NCBI GenBank assembly: GCA_002269645.1
Contig: NIVC01003461.1
Location: forward strand, 32,756-96,755
Length of the DNA stretch: 64,000 bases
Source: Macrostomum lignano
Taxonomy: Eukaryota
Reading direction: 5' to 3'
The notes below the pieces were generated by a model. That model saw only the letters and a program-made list of their open reading frames with translations. It did not search any database and was not told the DNA's origin. This document shows positions 37,798-49,592 of the stretch, in pieces (position 1 is the first letter of the stretch; every line of letters begins with the position of its first letter). Both the position numbers and the translations under genes were made by a program.

Positions 37798-38489
37798 TTA
37801 GAAGTCCACATTGCGCCTATTAGCGCTGTAACCGGGCAGCCTCGGCCCGTTATTATTAATCTGGCTGACAGCATCTCCAACAGCGGCTGAGCCGGCCGTG
37901 AAATCGTCAACAGACGTCGCCAGTCGGTAGCGCGACCTGAGCAATGCAAACAGCAGCAGTCCGCCAAGCTGTATGCCGCTGAGTAGGTAGAAGTAGAAAT
38001 CCATGTGGCACTCGGCGCAAATCCGGGTTGGATCAGTGGAACAGGCTAGGCGGCAGTTCGGGTTGCCCTGCTCGGACGGCTGGAACCAGACGCCAGCCCC
38101 GGCCAGACCCGAGACCAGCGCCACGCCTACGAAGCTGCCGCAGCCGCAGGTGAACCAGAATAAGCCAGTAATTAGGCCTTTCATGTTGCGAGGCGCGCCC
38201 TGTGTGCGTGTGTTTGCAGTGCTTGACTTGATTTGGCTGTTAATTACTGCAGGACTGCGGTGACAACAGATACCTGCTGGGTTGTCGGCCTGCCTATACC
38301 GCAACTACACCTGTATGGCCCTGTCTTTTGGTCCATTCTGGCTCGATTTGACTACTGCTCGGTCTGTCTTTGACCTGCCAACCTGTTTCTTTGCCTGTTT
38401 TTCAGTCTGTCTTTCGGTTTATTGGAGCCTCATGGTGTCTCTTACGAAAGACCCGTAGTGTCTGACTTGTCCGCCTGTCTGTCTGTCTA

Positions 38490-38528
<39 letters not shown>

Positions 38529-38556
38529 GACTTGTCCGCCTGTCTTAGTGTCTTAG

Positions 38557-38605
<49 letters not shown>

Positions 38606-38682
38606 GACTTGTCCGCCTGTCTTAGTGTCTTAGTGTCTTAGTGTCTGTCTGTCTGACTTGTCCGCCTGTCTTAGTGTCTTAG

Positions 38683-38735
<53 letters not shown>

Positions 38736-38812
38736 GACTTGTCCGCCTGTCTTAGTGTCTTAGTGTCTTAGTGTCTGTCTGTCTGACTTGTCCGCCTGTC
38801 TTAGTGTCTTAC

Positions 38813-38865
<53 letters not shown>

Positions 38866-39090
38866 GACTTGTCCACCTGTCTGTCTGTCTGTCTGACTTG
38901 TCCGCCTGTCTTAGTGTCTGTCTGTCTGTCTGTCTGACTTGTCCGCCTGTCTTAGTGTCTGTCTGTCTGTCTGTCTGACTTGTCCGCCTGTCTTAGTGTC
39001 TGTCTGTCTGTCTGTCTGACTTGTCCACCTGTCTTAGTGTCTTAGTGTCTTAGTGTCTTAGTGTCTGTCTGTCTGTCTGACTTGTCCGCC

Positions 39091-39155
<65 letters not shown>

Positions 39156-39263
39156 TGTCCGCCTGTCTTAGTGTCTTAGTGTCTGTCTGTCTGTCTGTCT
39201 GACTTGTCCACCTGTCTTAGTGTCTTAGTGTCTTAGTGTCTGTCTGTCTGTCTGTCTGTCTGA

Positions 39264-39326
<63 letters not shown>

Positions 39327-39362
39327 GACTTGTCCGCCTGTCTTAGTGTCTTAGTGTCTTAG

Positions 39363-39427
<65 letters not shown>

Positions 39428-42400
39428 TAGTGTCTGTCTGTCTGTCTGTCTGACTTGTCCGCCTGTCTTAGTGTCTTAGTGTCTTAGTGTCTGTCTGTCT
39501 GTCTGTCTGTCTGTGTGTCTTAGTGTCTTAGTGTCTTAGTGTCTGTCTGTCTGTCTGTCTGTGTCTGTCTGTCTGTCAGCTGTGCCATGTGGATTTCTAC
39601 ACCAGCTGGGCCACAGTCAGCTCACCTGAAAGGCCAGCCGCAGGCAGGCAACGGGCATAAAAGCTTCGGCCGTACCCATCAGGCAGTACTGGGGCACCTG
39701 CCACATTATGCTAACATTAGCTGCCGTATAATTCATATTGCCAATTTGCTGTTGAACATAGTCCACAGGCCAGAGATTGGTTGAATTGCCCCACAGGACG
39801 CTGAGCCGGTAGGACTCGAGCACGCCGGCGCAGAGCACGGAGGCCAAGGCGATGGACATGCCTAATAGGATCTGCGTAGCCAGACTGGGGTGCTTGCCCC
39901 GCCGCTCAAGCCAGGGGAATACCAGCTTAGTCAATAGCGGAATCAGCGCTATGATCACCACAATGTCGCACAGCGATAGCCAAGCCGGCGGAATTGTCCG
40001 GTAGCGGGCGCGGAAAATGTTCGCTATTGAGCCGTCCAGCTGCAGGCGGAGGTGCAGGCCCTGGCGGCGGGGTTCATAGTGGGGTAATGCAGTCACTGAT
40101 CAGTCAGTCTCAAACCATCAGAAGTCACTCAGTCAATGATCAGTCACCCTCAAACCATCAGAAGTCACTCAGTCAATGATCAGTCACTCTCAAACCATCA
40201 GAAGTCACTCAGTCAATGATCAGTCACTCTCAAACCATCAGAAGTCACTCAGCCAATGATCAGTCAGTCTCAAACCATCAGAAGTCACTCAGTCAATGAT
40301 CAGTCACTCTCAAACCATCAAAAGTCACTCAGTCACTGATCAGTCACCCTCAAACCATCAGAAGTCACTCAGCCAATGATCAGTCAGTCTCAAACCATCA
40401 GAAGTCACTCAGTCACTGATCAGTCACTCTCAAACCATCAGAAGTCACTCAGCCAATGATCAGTCACTCTCAAACCATCAAAAGTCACTCAGCCAATGAT
40501 CAGTCACTCTCAAACCATCAAAAGTCACTCAGCCAATGATCAGTCACCCTCAAACCATCAAAAGTCACTCAGTCAATGATGAGTCACTCTCAAACCATCA
40601 AAAGTCACTTAGCTAATGATCAGTCACCCTCAAACCATCAAAAGTCACTCAAGTCAATGATCAGTCACTCTCAAACCATCAAAAGTCACTTAGCTAATGA
40701 TCAGTCACCCTCAAACCATCAAAAGTCACTCAAGTCAATGATCAGTCACTCTCAAACCATCAAAAGTCACTCAGTCAATGATCAGTCACTCTCAAACCAT
40801 CAAAAGTCACTCAGTCAATGATCAGTCACTCTCAAACCTTCAAAAGTCACTCAGTCAATGATCAGTCACTCTCAAACCATCAGAAGTCACTCAGTCAATG
40901 ATGAGTCACTCTCAAACCATCAAAAGTCACTCAGTCAATGATCAGTCACTCTCAAACCATCAAAAGTCACTCAGTCAATGATCAGTCACTCTCAAACCAT
41001 CAGAAGTCACTCAGTCAATGATGAGTCACCCTCAAACCATCAGAAGTCACTCAGTCAATGATCAGTCACCCTCAAACCATCAGAAGTCACTCAGTCAATG
41101 ATCAGTCACCCTCAAACCATCAAAAGTCACTCAGTCAATGACCAGTCACTCTCAAACCATCAAAAGTCACTACATAAAACCGCAACTACATATCCCATCA
41201 CATTTTAACACCAGACAGCAATAACAGACGCATAATAAATGTTACCTGCACCAGATAGGTACTCTGCATTTGAAAATACAGCAGCCAATAGGGTATAATG
41301 CTGACAAAGATGAGTACAACTCTAAGCAGCGCCCGAACGTCGTGCACCTCGCCCTCGGTGAAGCGGCCGCCGTGACGAGCGCAATCCAGCCAGTCGTCGT
41401 ACGCGGCCGCATGCAATCGCATTGGCGCAGAATCGCCCGAACCGCTGCCGCTATTATTCGAGTCGGATTCGCCATCAGCCAGCAGCCTCCGCTTCCGCTG
41501 CCTGCGCAACCGGAAGCTGGCTGACACGGCCGCAGCCAGCAGGCGCACCACCCTAGTCAGCAGGCTGCCAGCCGGCTTGCGCAGTCTAAACATTGGCCGG
41601 CAGGCTACAAAGGCTAATGACGCTATCGTCATGGCAACCGGCGGCACCAGGTAACCGGCTAGTCGGCCATCTTTGCCAAGATTCTGCTGAGTGTAGGTTA
41701 AAAAGAAATAAGCGGCAAACGAGCCAACATTGCAGGCCCAGTAGAACCAGTTGAAGAAGCGGCTCTGCTCAACAGGGTCTTTGATTTGTTGAGCGCCCAG
41801 CGGGGATAAATTGGCTTTGAGGGCGCCGCTGCCGATGGCGAGGCAGCAGAGGCTGGCGATCACGATCGGGGAGCAGTTCTGCTCGAACATGTTGCCGCCT
41901 GTGGAATTCTCGTCCTGGATGAGCTTGCTGCAAATGTTGCCGAGTTGTTGATGCGGAACAGAAATTTGATTAAACAATTTCCCGGGACTAAATTTTTAAT
42001 AAGAAACTTCCAGGCATGAAATAGGGTAGGAGAATTAATTCCCCAGGTAAAATCAGGGAGAATAATTACCTAAATAAAATCGGGGAGAATAATTCCCCAA
42101 GTAAAATCGGGGAACTTAAATCCCCAGGTAAAATAGGAAAGAATAATTTCCCAGGTAAAATAGGAAAGAATAATTCCCCAGGTAAAATAGGAAAGAATAA
42201 TTTCCAAGGTAAAATAGGAAAGAATAATTTCCCAGGTAAAATAGGAAAGAATAATTCCCCAGGTAAAATAGGAAAGAATAATTTCCAAGGTAAAATAGGA
42301 AAGAATAATTCCCCAGGTAAAATAGGAAAGAATAATTCCCCAGGTAAAATACGAAAGAATAATTCCCCAGGTAAAATACGAAAGAATAATTCCCCAGGTA

Positions 42401-44150
42401 AAATAGGAAAGAATAATTCCCCAGGTAAAATAGGAAAGAATAATTCCTCAGGTAAAATAGGAAAGAATAATTCCCCAGGTAAAATAGGAAAGAATAATTC
42501 CCCAGGTAAAATAGGAAAGAATAATTCCTCAGGTAAAATACGAAAAGATAATTCCCCAGGTAAAATAGGAAAGAATAATTCCCCAGGTAAAATACGAAAG
42601 AATAATTCCCCAGGTAAAATACGAAAGAATAATTCCCCAGGTAAAATAGGAAAGAATAATTCCTCAGGTAAAATAGGAAAGAATAATTCCTCAGGTAAAA
42701 TACGAAAGAATAATTCCCCAGGTAAAATAGGAAAGAATAATTCCTCAGGTAAAATAGGAAAGAATAATTCCCCAGGTAAAATAGGAAAGAATAATTCCCC
42801 AGGTAAAATAGGAAAGAATAATTCCTCAGGTAAAATAGGAAAAGATAATTCCCCAGGTAAAATAGGAAAGAATAATTCCCCAGGTAAAATAGGAAAGAAT
42901 AATTCCCCAGGTAAAATAGGAAAGAATAATTCCCCAGGTAAAATAGGAAAGAATAATTCCTCAGGTAAAATAGGAAAGAATAATTCCCCAGGTAAAATAG
43001 GAAAGAATAATTCCTCAGGTAAAATAGGAAAGAATAATTCCCCAGGTAAAATAGGAAAGAATAATTCCTCAGGTAAAATAGGAAAAGATAATTCCCCAGG
43101 TAAAATAGGAAAGAATAATTCCCCAGGTAAAATAGGAAAGAATAATTCCCCAGGTAAAATAGGAAAGAATAATTCCTCAGGTAAAATAGGAAAAGATAAT
43201 TCTCCAAACAAAATTCTGTGAGAATAATTTCCCAGGCAAAAGGGGAGAATAATCCCCCAAAAAAAAACGGGGAACATAATTCCCTCGGTAAAATAGGAAA
43301 TAATAATTGCCCCAGGTAAGATAAGGGAGAGTAATTTCCTAGTTAAAATCGGGGAAAATAATTCCCGTGTAAAATCGGGGAGAATAATCCCCCGGTAAAA
43401 ACTCAAAAAAGAGAATAATTCCCCAGGTAAAATTGGGGAGAAAAATCCCCCCTGATAAAAAATCAAAAAGGAGAATAATTCCCCAGGTAAATTTGGGGAG
43501 AAAAATCCCCCTGATAAAAACTCAAAAAGGAGAATAATTCCCCAGGTAAAATTGGGGAGAAAAATCCCATAAGCATAAAACCTATTAAAAAGCCGTGCCA
43601 ATACAAACATGCACAACAAGCCCACAGCCTCTCACCTGGGAAAGCTAGCAGTCCTGACTATGCTAGCATTAACAATGCCAGAATTCAAATGGCCGCACAA
43701 TGCACTGGTATGCCCATATCTCTCCAACAATAGCAACACGGGCAGGCCGCACAATCCAATCAGATAGATAAGAAATCCCAAAGCGCAGGTGTTGAACGCG
43801 CCTAGCCAGGTGTCGCTAAGCCAGCCGAAGAACAGCGACAAGCCGTAGGCCAGGCCGGACATTAACAGCGAGGCGGAGGCGGCAACGTAGCTGACCCAGA
43901 GGAACGGCCACTGGCCGAGGGTCAGCACCAGATTAGCCGTGGCGCCGTAGAATGCCAGGCGTTCCAGCAGTTCAACTAGCAGTATCGTCAGGCTGGCTGC
44001 CCGGCTGCGTCGACGGGCGAGAAGGCGCTGACGGCGGATAGCGTCGGCGCCGCCAGACTGGCCGGAGATGAGCAGCGGGGTGGCTTCGTCAGCCGACGAT
44101 GCGTTGGCGTTGGCGCCGCCGATCGACGAAGTCGATGGCCGGTGGAGCAT
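37798..44150 (-). CDS. SLC15A4: SLC15A4-like proton-dependent oligopeptide/histidine transporter, intact, about 697 aa (exons 44150-43636, 41987-41246, 40060-39626, 38199-37798)
   Basis: ExxER signature (VELLERLAFYG), N-terminal EATPLL dileucine-like motif, QMQSTYLVQ|GLHLRL, IPPAWL, WQVPQY, APRNMKGLITGLF. Exon lengths 515+742+435+402 = 2094 nt, in frame. Confidence 0.92.
38460..39578. repeat. (TGTC)n compound microsatellite, SLC15 intron 3
   Basis: Mirror of 7010-8130. Confidence 0.96.
40090..41170. repeat. 40-bp minisatellite, SLC15 intron 2
   Basis: Mirror of 5420-6500. Confidence 0.96.
42030..43560. repeat. 27-bp minisatellite, SLC15 intron 1
   Basis: Mirror of 3040-4560. Confidence 0.96.
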
Positions 44151-44303
44151 GCTTGCGCTTGGCACAGTCTCCGGCTATGGGGGCCGGCTGCAGTTCGGGT
44201 TCGGGCGAGGCCTCTGTTCTCGGCTGTGCACTTATTTATATCTGTGAACTAAACTCTGTCACAAATCTTCTAATCTTCTCACAAAGTTTCCAATCTCTTC
44301 CAA

Positions 44304-45092
44304 GATTGCTAATCCCGAAGCTTCCTAATCTCAAAGCTTCTTAATCCCGAAGCTTCCTAATCTCAAAGCTTTCTAATCTCAAAGCTTCTTAATCCCAAAG
44401 CTTCCTAATCTCAAAGCTTTCTAATCCCAAAGCTTCTTAATCCCAAAGCTTCTTAATCCCGAAGCTTCCTAATCTCAAAGCTTTCTAATCTCAAAGCTTC
44501 CTAATCCTGAAGCTTCCTAATCCCGAAGCTTTCTAATCCCGAAGCTTCCTAATCCTGAAGCTTCCTAATCCTGAAGCTTCCTAATCCTGAAGATTCCTAA
44601 TCCTGAAGATTCCTAATCCTGAAGCTTCCTAATCCTGAAGCTTCCTAATCCTGAAGCTTCCTAATCCTGAAGATTCCTAATCCTGAAGCTTCCTAATCCT
44701 GAAGATTCCTAATCCTGAAGCTTTTTAATCCCGAAGCTTCCTAATCCTGAAGCTTCCTAATCCTGAAGATTCCTAATCCTGAAGCTTCCTAATTTCAAAG
44801 CTTTTTAATCCCGAAGCTTCCTAATCTCAAAGCTTTTTAATCCCGAAGCTTCCTAATCCTGAAGCTTCCTAATCCTGAAGATTCCTAATCCTGAAGCTTC
44901 CTAATCCTGAAGCTTCCTAATCTCAAAGCTTTTTAATCCCGAAGCTTCCTAATCCCGAAGCTCCCTAATCTCGAGGCTTCCTAATCTCAAAACTTCCCCA
45001 TCCCGAAGCTTCCTAATCTCAAAGCTTCCTTATCCCAAAGCTTCCTAATCTCGAAGCTTCCTAATCTCAAAACTTCCTAATCCCGAAGCTTC
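44304..45092. repeat. 16-bp minisatellite, shorter variant (about 790 bp) of the 213-2297 array
   Basis: Same unit family but about 1.3 kb shorter, with variant units (cctaatcctgaag) not seen in the left array. Confidence 0.95.
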
Positions 45093-45514
45093 ACATTGTC
45101 TTAAAAGTCCTGCTAGTCAAGTTCGCTAGCTCATAAGCTTGAAGATGTGAATTTTCAATCAACTGAAAGTATAACCCATGATTGTCAACTGAGATACAGT
45201 TGATAAAGTTTGGCCAAACAGAGGTTTATCGTCGTGTATGAAATCGAGGGTTCCGATAAGAGTTGTTAGTCCAGATGCGAGTTCAATAACTACAAAAATT
45301 TGATATGCCTTATCAACACTCTCTTATCCTTATAGACTGGCCTCAATGAACAAAGAAATCCATAAATAGAGCTTGTTGGACTACGTTTATCAGTTCATTA
45401 ACTAAATTAGAAACAGACGGAAAACTCCGAGTAGATTAATTCATTCCATATACCTATCTTAAATTCGAGTTCAGTTGGCTCTAGAGCACAGAATATCAAT
45501 TCAAATGTATAGAA

Positions 45515-47630
45515 TCAGGATGCGATTTTGAGTTTAGGGGGATCCGCAATCAGGATGCCATTTTGAGTTTAGGGGGATCCGCAATCAGGATGCCATTTTG
45601 AGTTTAGGGGGATCCGCAATCAGGATGTCATTTTGAGTTTAGGGGGATCCGCAATCAGGATGCCATTTTGAGTTTAGGGGGATCCGCAATCAGGATGTCA
45701 TTTTGAGTTTAGGGGGATCCGCAATCAGGATGCCATTTTGAGTTTAGGGGGATCCGCAATCAGGATGCGATTTTGAGTTTAGGGGGATCCGCAATCAGGA
45801 TGTCATTTTGAGTTTAGGGGGATCCGCAATCAGGATGCCATTTTGAGTTTAGGGGGATCCGCAATCAGGATGTCATTTTGAGTTTAGGGGGATCCGCAAT
45901 CAGGATGCCAGTTTGAGTTTAGGGGGATCCGCAATCAGGATGCCAGTTTGAGTTTAGGGGGATCCGCAATCAGGATGCCATTTTGAGTTTAGGGGGATCC
46001 GCAATCAGGATGTCATTTTGAGTTTAGGGGGATCCGCAATCAGGATGCCAGTTTGAGTTTAGGGGGATCCGCAATCAGGATGCCAGTTTGAGTTTAGGGG
46101 GATCCGCAATCAGGATGCCATTTTGAGTTAAGGAAAATCCGCAATCAGGATGCCATTTTGAGTTTAGGGGGATCCGCAATCAGGATGCGATTTTGAGTTT
46201 AGGGGGATCCGCAATCAGGATGCCATTTTGAGTTTAGGGGGATCCGCAATCAGGATGCCATTTTGAGTTTAGGGGGATCCGCAATCAGGATGCCATTTTG
46301 AGTTTAGGGGGATCCGCAATCAGGATGCGATTTTGAGTTTAGGGGGATCCGCAATCAGGATGCCATTTTGAGTTTAGGGGGATCCGCAATCAGGATGCCA
46401 TTTTGAGTTTAGGGGGATCCGCAATCAGGATGCGATTTTGAGTTTAGGGGATCCGCAATCAGGATGTCATTTTGAGTTTAGGGGGATCCGCAATCAGGAT
46501 GCCATTTTGAGTTTAGGAAGATCCGCAATCAGGATGCCATTTTGAGTTTAGGGGGATCCGCAATCAGGATGCCAGTTTGAGTTTAGGGGGATTCGCAATC
46601 AGGATGCCATTTTGAGTTTAGGAAGATCCGCAATCAGGATGTCATTTTGAGTTTAGGGGGATCCGCAATCAGGATGTCATTTTGAGTTTAGGGGGATCCG
46701 CAATCAGGATGCTAGTTTCAGTTTAGGGGGATCCGCAATCAGGATGCCATTTTGAGTTTATCGGGATCCGCAATCAGGATGCTAGTTTCAGTTTAGGGGG
46801 ATCCGCAATCAGGATGCTAGTTTCAGTTTAGGGGGATCCGCAATCAGGATGCTAGTTTCAGTTTAGGGGGATCCGCAATCAGGATGCCAGTTTGAGTTTA
46901 GGGGGATCCGCAATCAGGATGCCATTTTGAGTTTAGGGGGATCCGCAATCAGGATGCCATTTTGAGTTTAGGGGGATCCGCAATCAGGATGCTAGTTTCA
47001 GTTTAGGGGGATCCGCAATCAGGATGCTAGTTTCAGTTTAGGGGGATCCGCAATCAGGGTGCCAGTTTGAGTTTAGGGGGATCCGCAATCAGGATGCTAG
47101 TTTCAGTTTAGGGGGATCCGCAATCAGGATGCTAGTTTCAGTTTAGGGGGATCCGCAATCAGGATGCCATTTTGAGTTTAGGGGGATCCGCAATCAGGAT
47201 GCCATTTTGAGTTTAGGGGGATCCGCAATCAGGATGCTAGTTTCAGTTTAGGGGGATCCGCAATCAGGATGCCATTTTGAGTTTAGGGGGATCCGCAATC
47301 AGGATGCTAGTTTCAGTTTAGGGGGATCCGCAATCAGGATGCCAGTTTGAGTTTAGGGGGATCCGCAATCAGGATGCCATTTTGAGTTTAGGGGGATCCG
47401 CAATCAGGATGCTAGTTTCAGTTTAGGGGGATCCGCAATCAGGATGCTAGTTTCAGTTTAGGGGGATCCGCAATCAGGATGCTAGTTTCAGTTTAGGGGG
47501 ATCCGCAATCAGGATGCCATTTTGAGTTTAGGGGGATCCGCAATCAGGATGCCAGTTTGAGTTTAGGAGGATCCGCAATCAGGATGTCATTTTGAGTTGA
47601 GAGGGATCCGCAATCAGGATGTCATTTTGA
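45515..47630. repeat. 35-bp satellite (gcaatcaggatgccattttgagtttagggggatcc), about 60 units
   Basis: gatcc recurs at 45541, 45576 and so on; BamHI site in most units. Confidence 0.98.
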
Positions 47631-47836
47631 ACCTATGAGTCTAAAATGAAGATGCTATTTAGATTAGAAAATCTACGAGATACAGAAAAGTAATATTTAA
47701 ATTAAGCACACACAGGAGAACAAAAATTCCAATAAAACTGATCCAGTATGATTTATTGAATTCGCGTACAACGCCGCAGACAGTCTAACACAGTCATCAG
47801 GTTACTAAAGTACATTGAGAGTTACAAAATTCAAAG

Positions 47837-48547
47837 CTACCATTTCGCGGCAGCTTTACTAGCCCTGGCGTGCATATTGCCATACACTTTGCTAGGCGGA
47901 CTGCCCAGAATGAGGTCGCACACTGTACGCTTGGCCGCTTGAACATTGTCGTAGGCGCCCAGTATGTGAATAGTGTGATCGGCCACCACTATGCGAGTCT
48001 TGGTGGCATTCTCTATCATGAATTTTGTCCGGCCACTCTTGCCAGCCACCCGGCCGATTGCGCGGGACACGTGATCGCCTTTCAGCGAGGGCTTCACGTC
48101 CGCCACGGTGAACGTGTCGATGTAGAGATCGTCCAGCCTGACTAGCGCCAGCGCGTCGCCAATCTGGAAGCCTTTAACGAAAGCGTCAACCAAATCGGCG
48201 CCTTTCTGCAGGTGGCCGTCGTCTTTGGTCAGGGGCGAATTGCGCAGCTCAACAGCCCAGACTGGACGGCGTGTGATGCAGCGGCACTGCAGGTTGAGCT
48301 GCTCAACCAGTATGCGGCACAGCTCCGGCCATTGCTGACGCAGAGGAGTTCGCCGATTAGGCGGGATCACAATGCTGCGCTTCTCAACAAACGGGCGAGA
48401 CCGCTTAGCCAATGGCGGCAGCATTTCAATATCGGCGGCCGCGGCATCTGCCTGCTGCTGCTGCTGTCGCTTACGCTTCAGACCGCCGCCAGCTGCTGGA
48501 GCTGGGGCTGGGGCTGCTGCTGCTGCTGGGGCTGTGTCGGTCTCCAT
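47837..48547 (-). CDS. PNO1: RNA-binding protein PNO1/Dim2 (40S biogenesis, KH domains), intronless, 236 aa
   Basis: IPPNRRTPLRQQW, LQKGADLVDAFVKGF, DALALVRLDDLYIDTF, DHVSRAIGRVAGKSGRTKFMIENATKTRIV, LILGSPPSKVYGN. Confidence 0.97.
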   Translation of the reverse strand: METDTAPAAAAAPAPAPAAGGGLKRKRQQQQQADAAAADIEMLPPLAKRSRPFVEKRSIVIPPNRRTPLRQQWPELCRILVEQLNLQCRCITRRPVWAVELRNSPLTKDDGHLQKGADLVDAFVKGFQIGDALALVRLDDLYIDTFTVADVKPSLKGDHVSRAIGRVAGKSGRTKFMIENATKTRIVVADHTIHILGAYDNVQAAKRTVCDLILGSPPSKVYGNMHARASKAAAKW

Positions 48548-49424
48548 GGCATAAAGAGGGCAAAAAAATCATTAAAATCAGTGGGTCATTTAAATTTAAA
48601 CTCTTTTTTTTAACAAGTACAAGAGGCCTAATCCTGAATAGTTTTATCTTCAGCAGACATTCAACAGATTTTACTAGGAAACGAGGTGACAAAATTTCAA
48701 TTTGCTTTTTTAATTTATAGTCTTATGACTAGAGATAGAATGATATTCTAATCAAAAAATTATTGATCTTGTCTAGACTCAACTCTTAACACATTAGGCA
48801 CAAAAGTATCTACATAAAATAAAAAAGGTGGGTGAAAACTAACTTACGATAACTTTGCAAAAAAAATTGATTTGATTTTGTTGCCAAGTTGTGTCAACTT
48901 TTATCATGACAAGCTAATGACATGGTAGAAAAACAAAATATGTTTGTAGGACTAGGTAAAAGTCTGTCAAATATGATAACAGTTTCCCCTTGGGTATTGA
49001 GTCTCTAGTTGACAAGCTGCAAATACAACTTGAATTTGTTACTTTGGAAAACAATGGCTGGAAAACCAGCTGCACCAACATTATTTCTACGAATTGAAAA
49101 ATTGCACAGTCCACAAGAATCCAAAAAGACAATTGTTAACTAGCAAAACATCTTGCAGGGCATTTGCTGTGAGTTTGTAGAGTACCACCCAATGTAGCTT
49201 AGTGGCCTGTGACACAACATTAGGATTGATATTATTTTTATTTTATAGGAAATACTGCTAGAGCGAGGGTGCCTTCCAGATGACAAACTGGTAAGATGAT
49301 GAAGTGTCCAGGAACCTCTTGAGTAGAGTTATTCCTCCCAATGGCCTAGTCCTAGCCTCTTGAGTTATTCCTCCCAATGGCCTAGTCTATTAGACTATTA
49401 GAATATATTAGTCTATTAGGCCTA

Positions 49425-49592
49425 CAGTCATTTTGGTGACAAGATGTTTCGGTGACAAACAAAAGTCATTTCAGTGACAAGAAAAATACATTTTGGTGAT
49501 ATAGCCATTTTTTAATAGAAAATTAAGGCCTACCTTGAAAATCTTAATGGATATGAACCTAAACCAAAACAACTTGTCACCAAAATGACCAG
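49425..49592. mobile_element. Small MITE (about 170 bp) with ~28-bp imperfect TIRs, TA flanks
   Basis: cagtcattttggtgacaagatgtttcggt versus the reverse complement of accaaaacaacttgtcaccaaaatgaccag; TA on both sides. Confidence 0.7.

Larger units (their letters stand above)
31545..45269 (-). repeat. Right arm of the inverted duplication (carries the intact gene copies)
   Basis: See the left arm. PTCD3 continues past the arm boundary into unique sequence. Confidence 0.97.

Noticed and set aside
38430-38460. ggtgtctcttacgaaagac, faintly like a spliced-leader core (mirror at about 8130-8160)
   Set aside because: No terminal ATG|GT donor or Sm site; the match is too short.
45515-47630. CRISPR-like regular repeat, or telomeric array (TTTAGGG; also TTAGG in the 16-bp array)
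   Set aside because: Units are head-to-tail with no unique spacers and no cas genes; the telomere-like words are embedded in longer units, not pure tracts.
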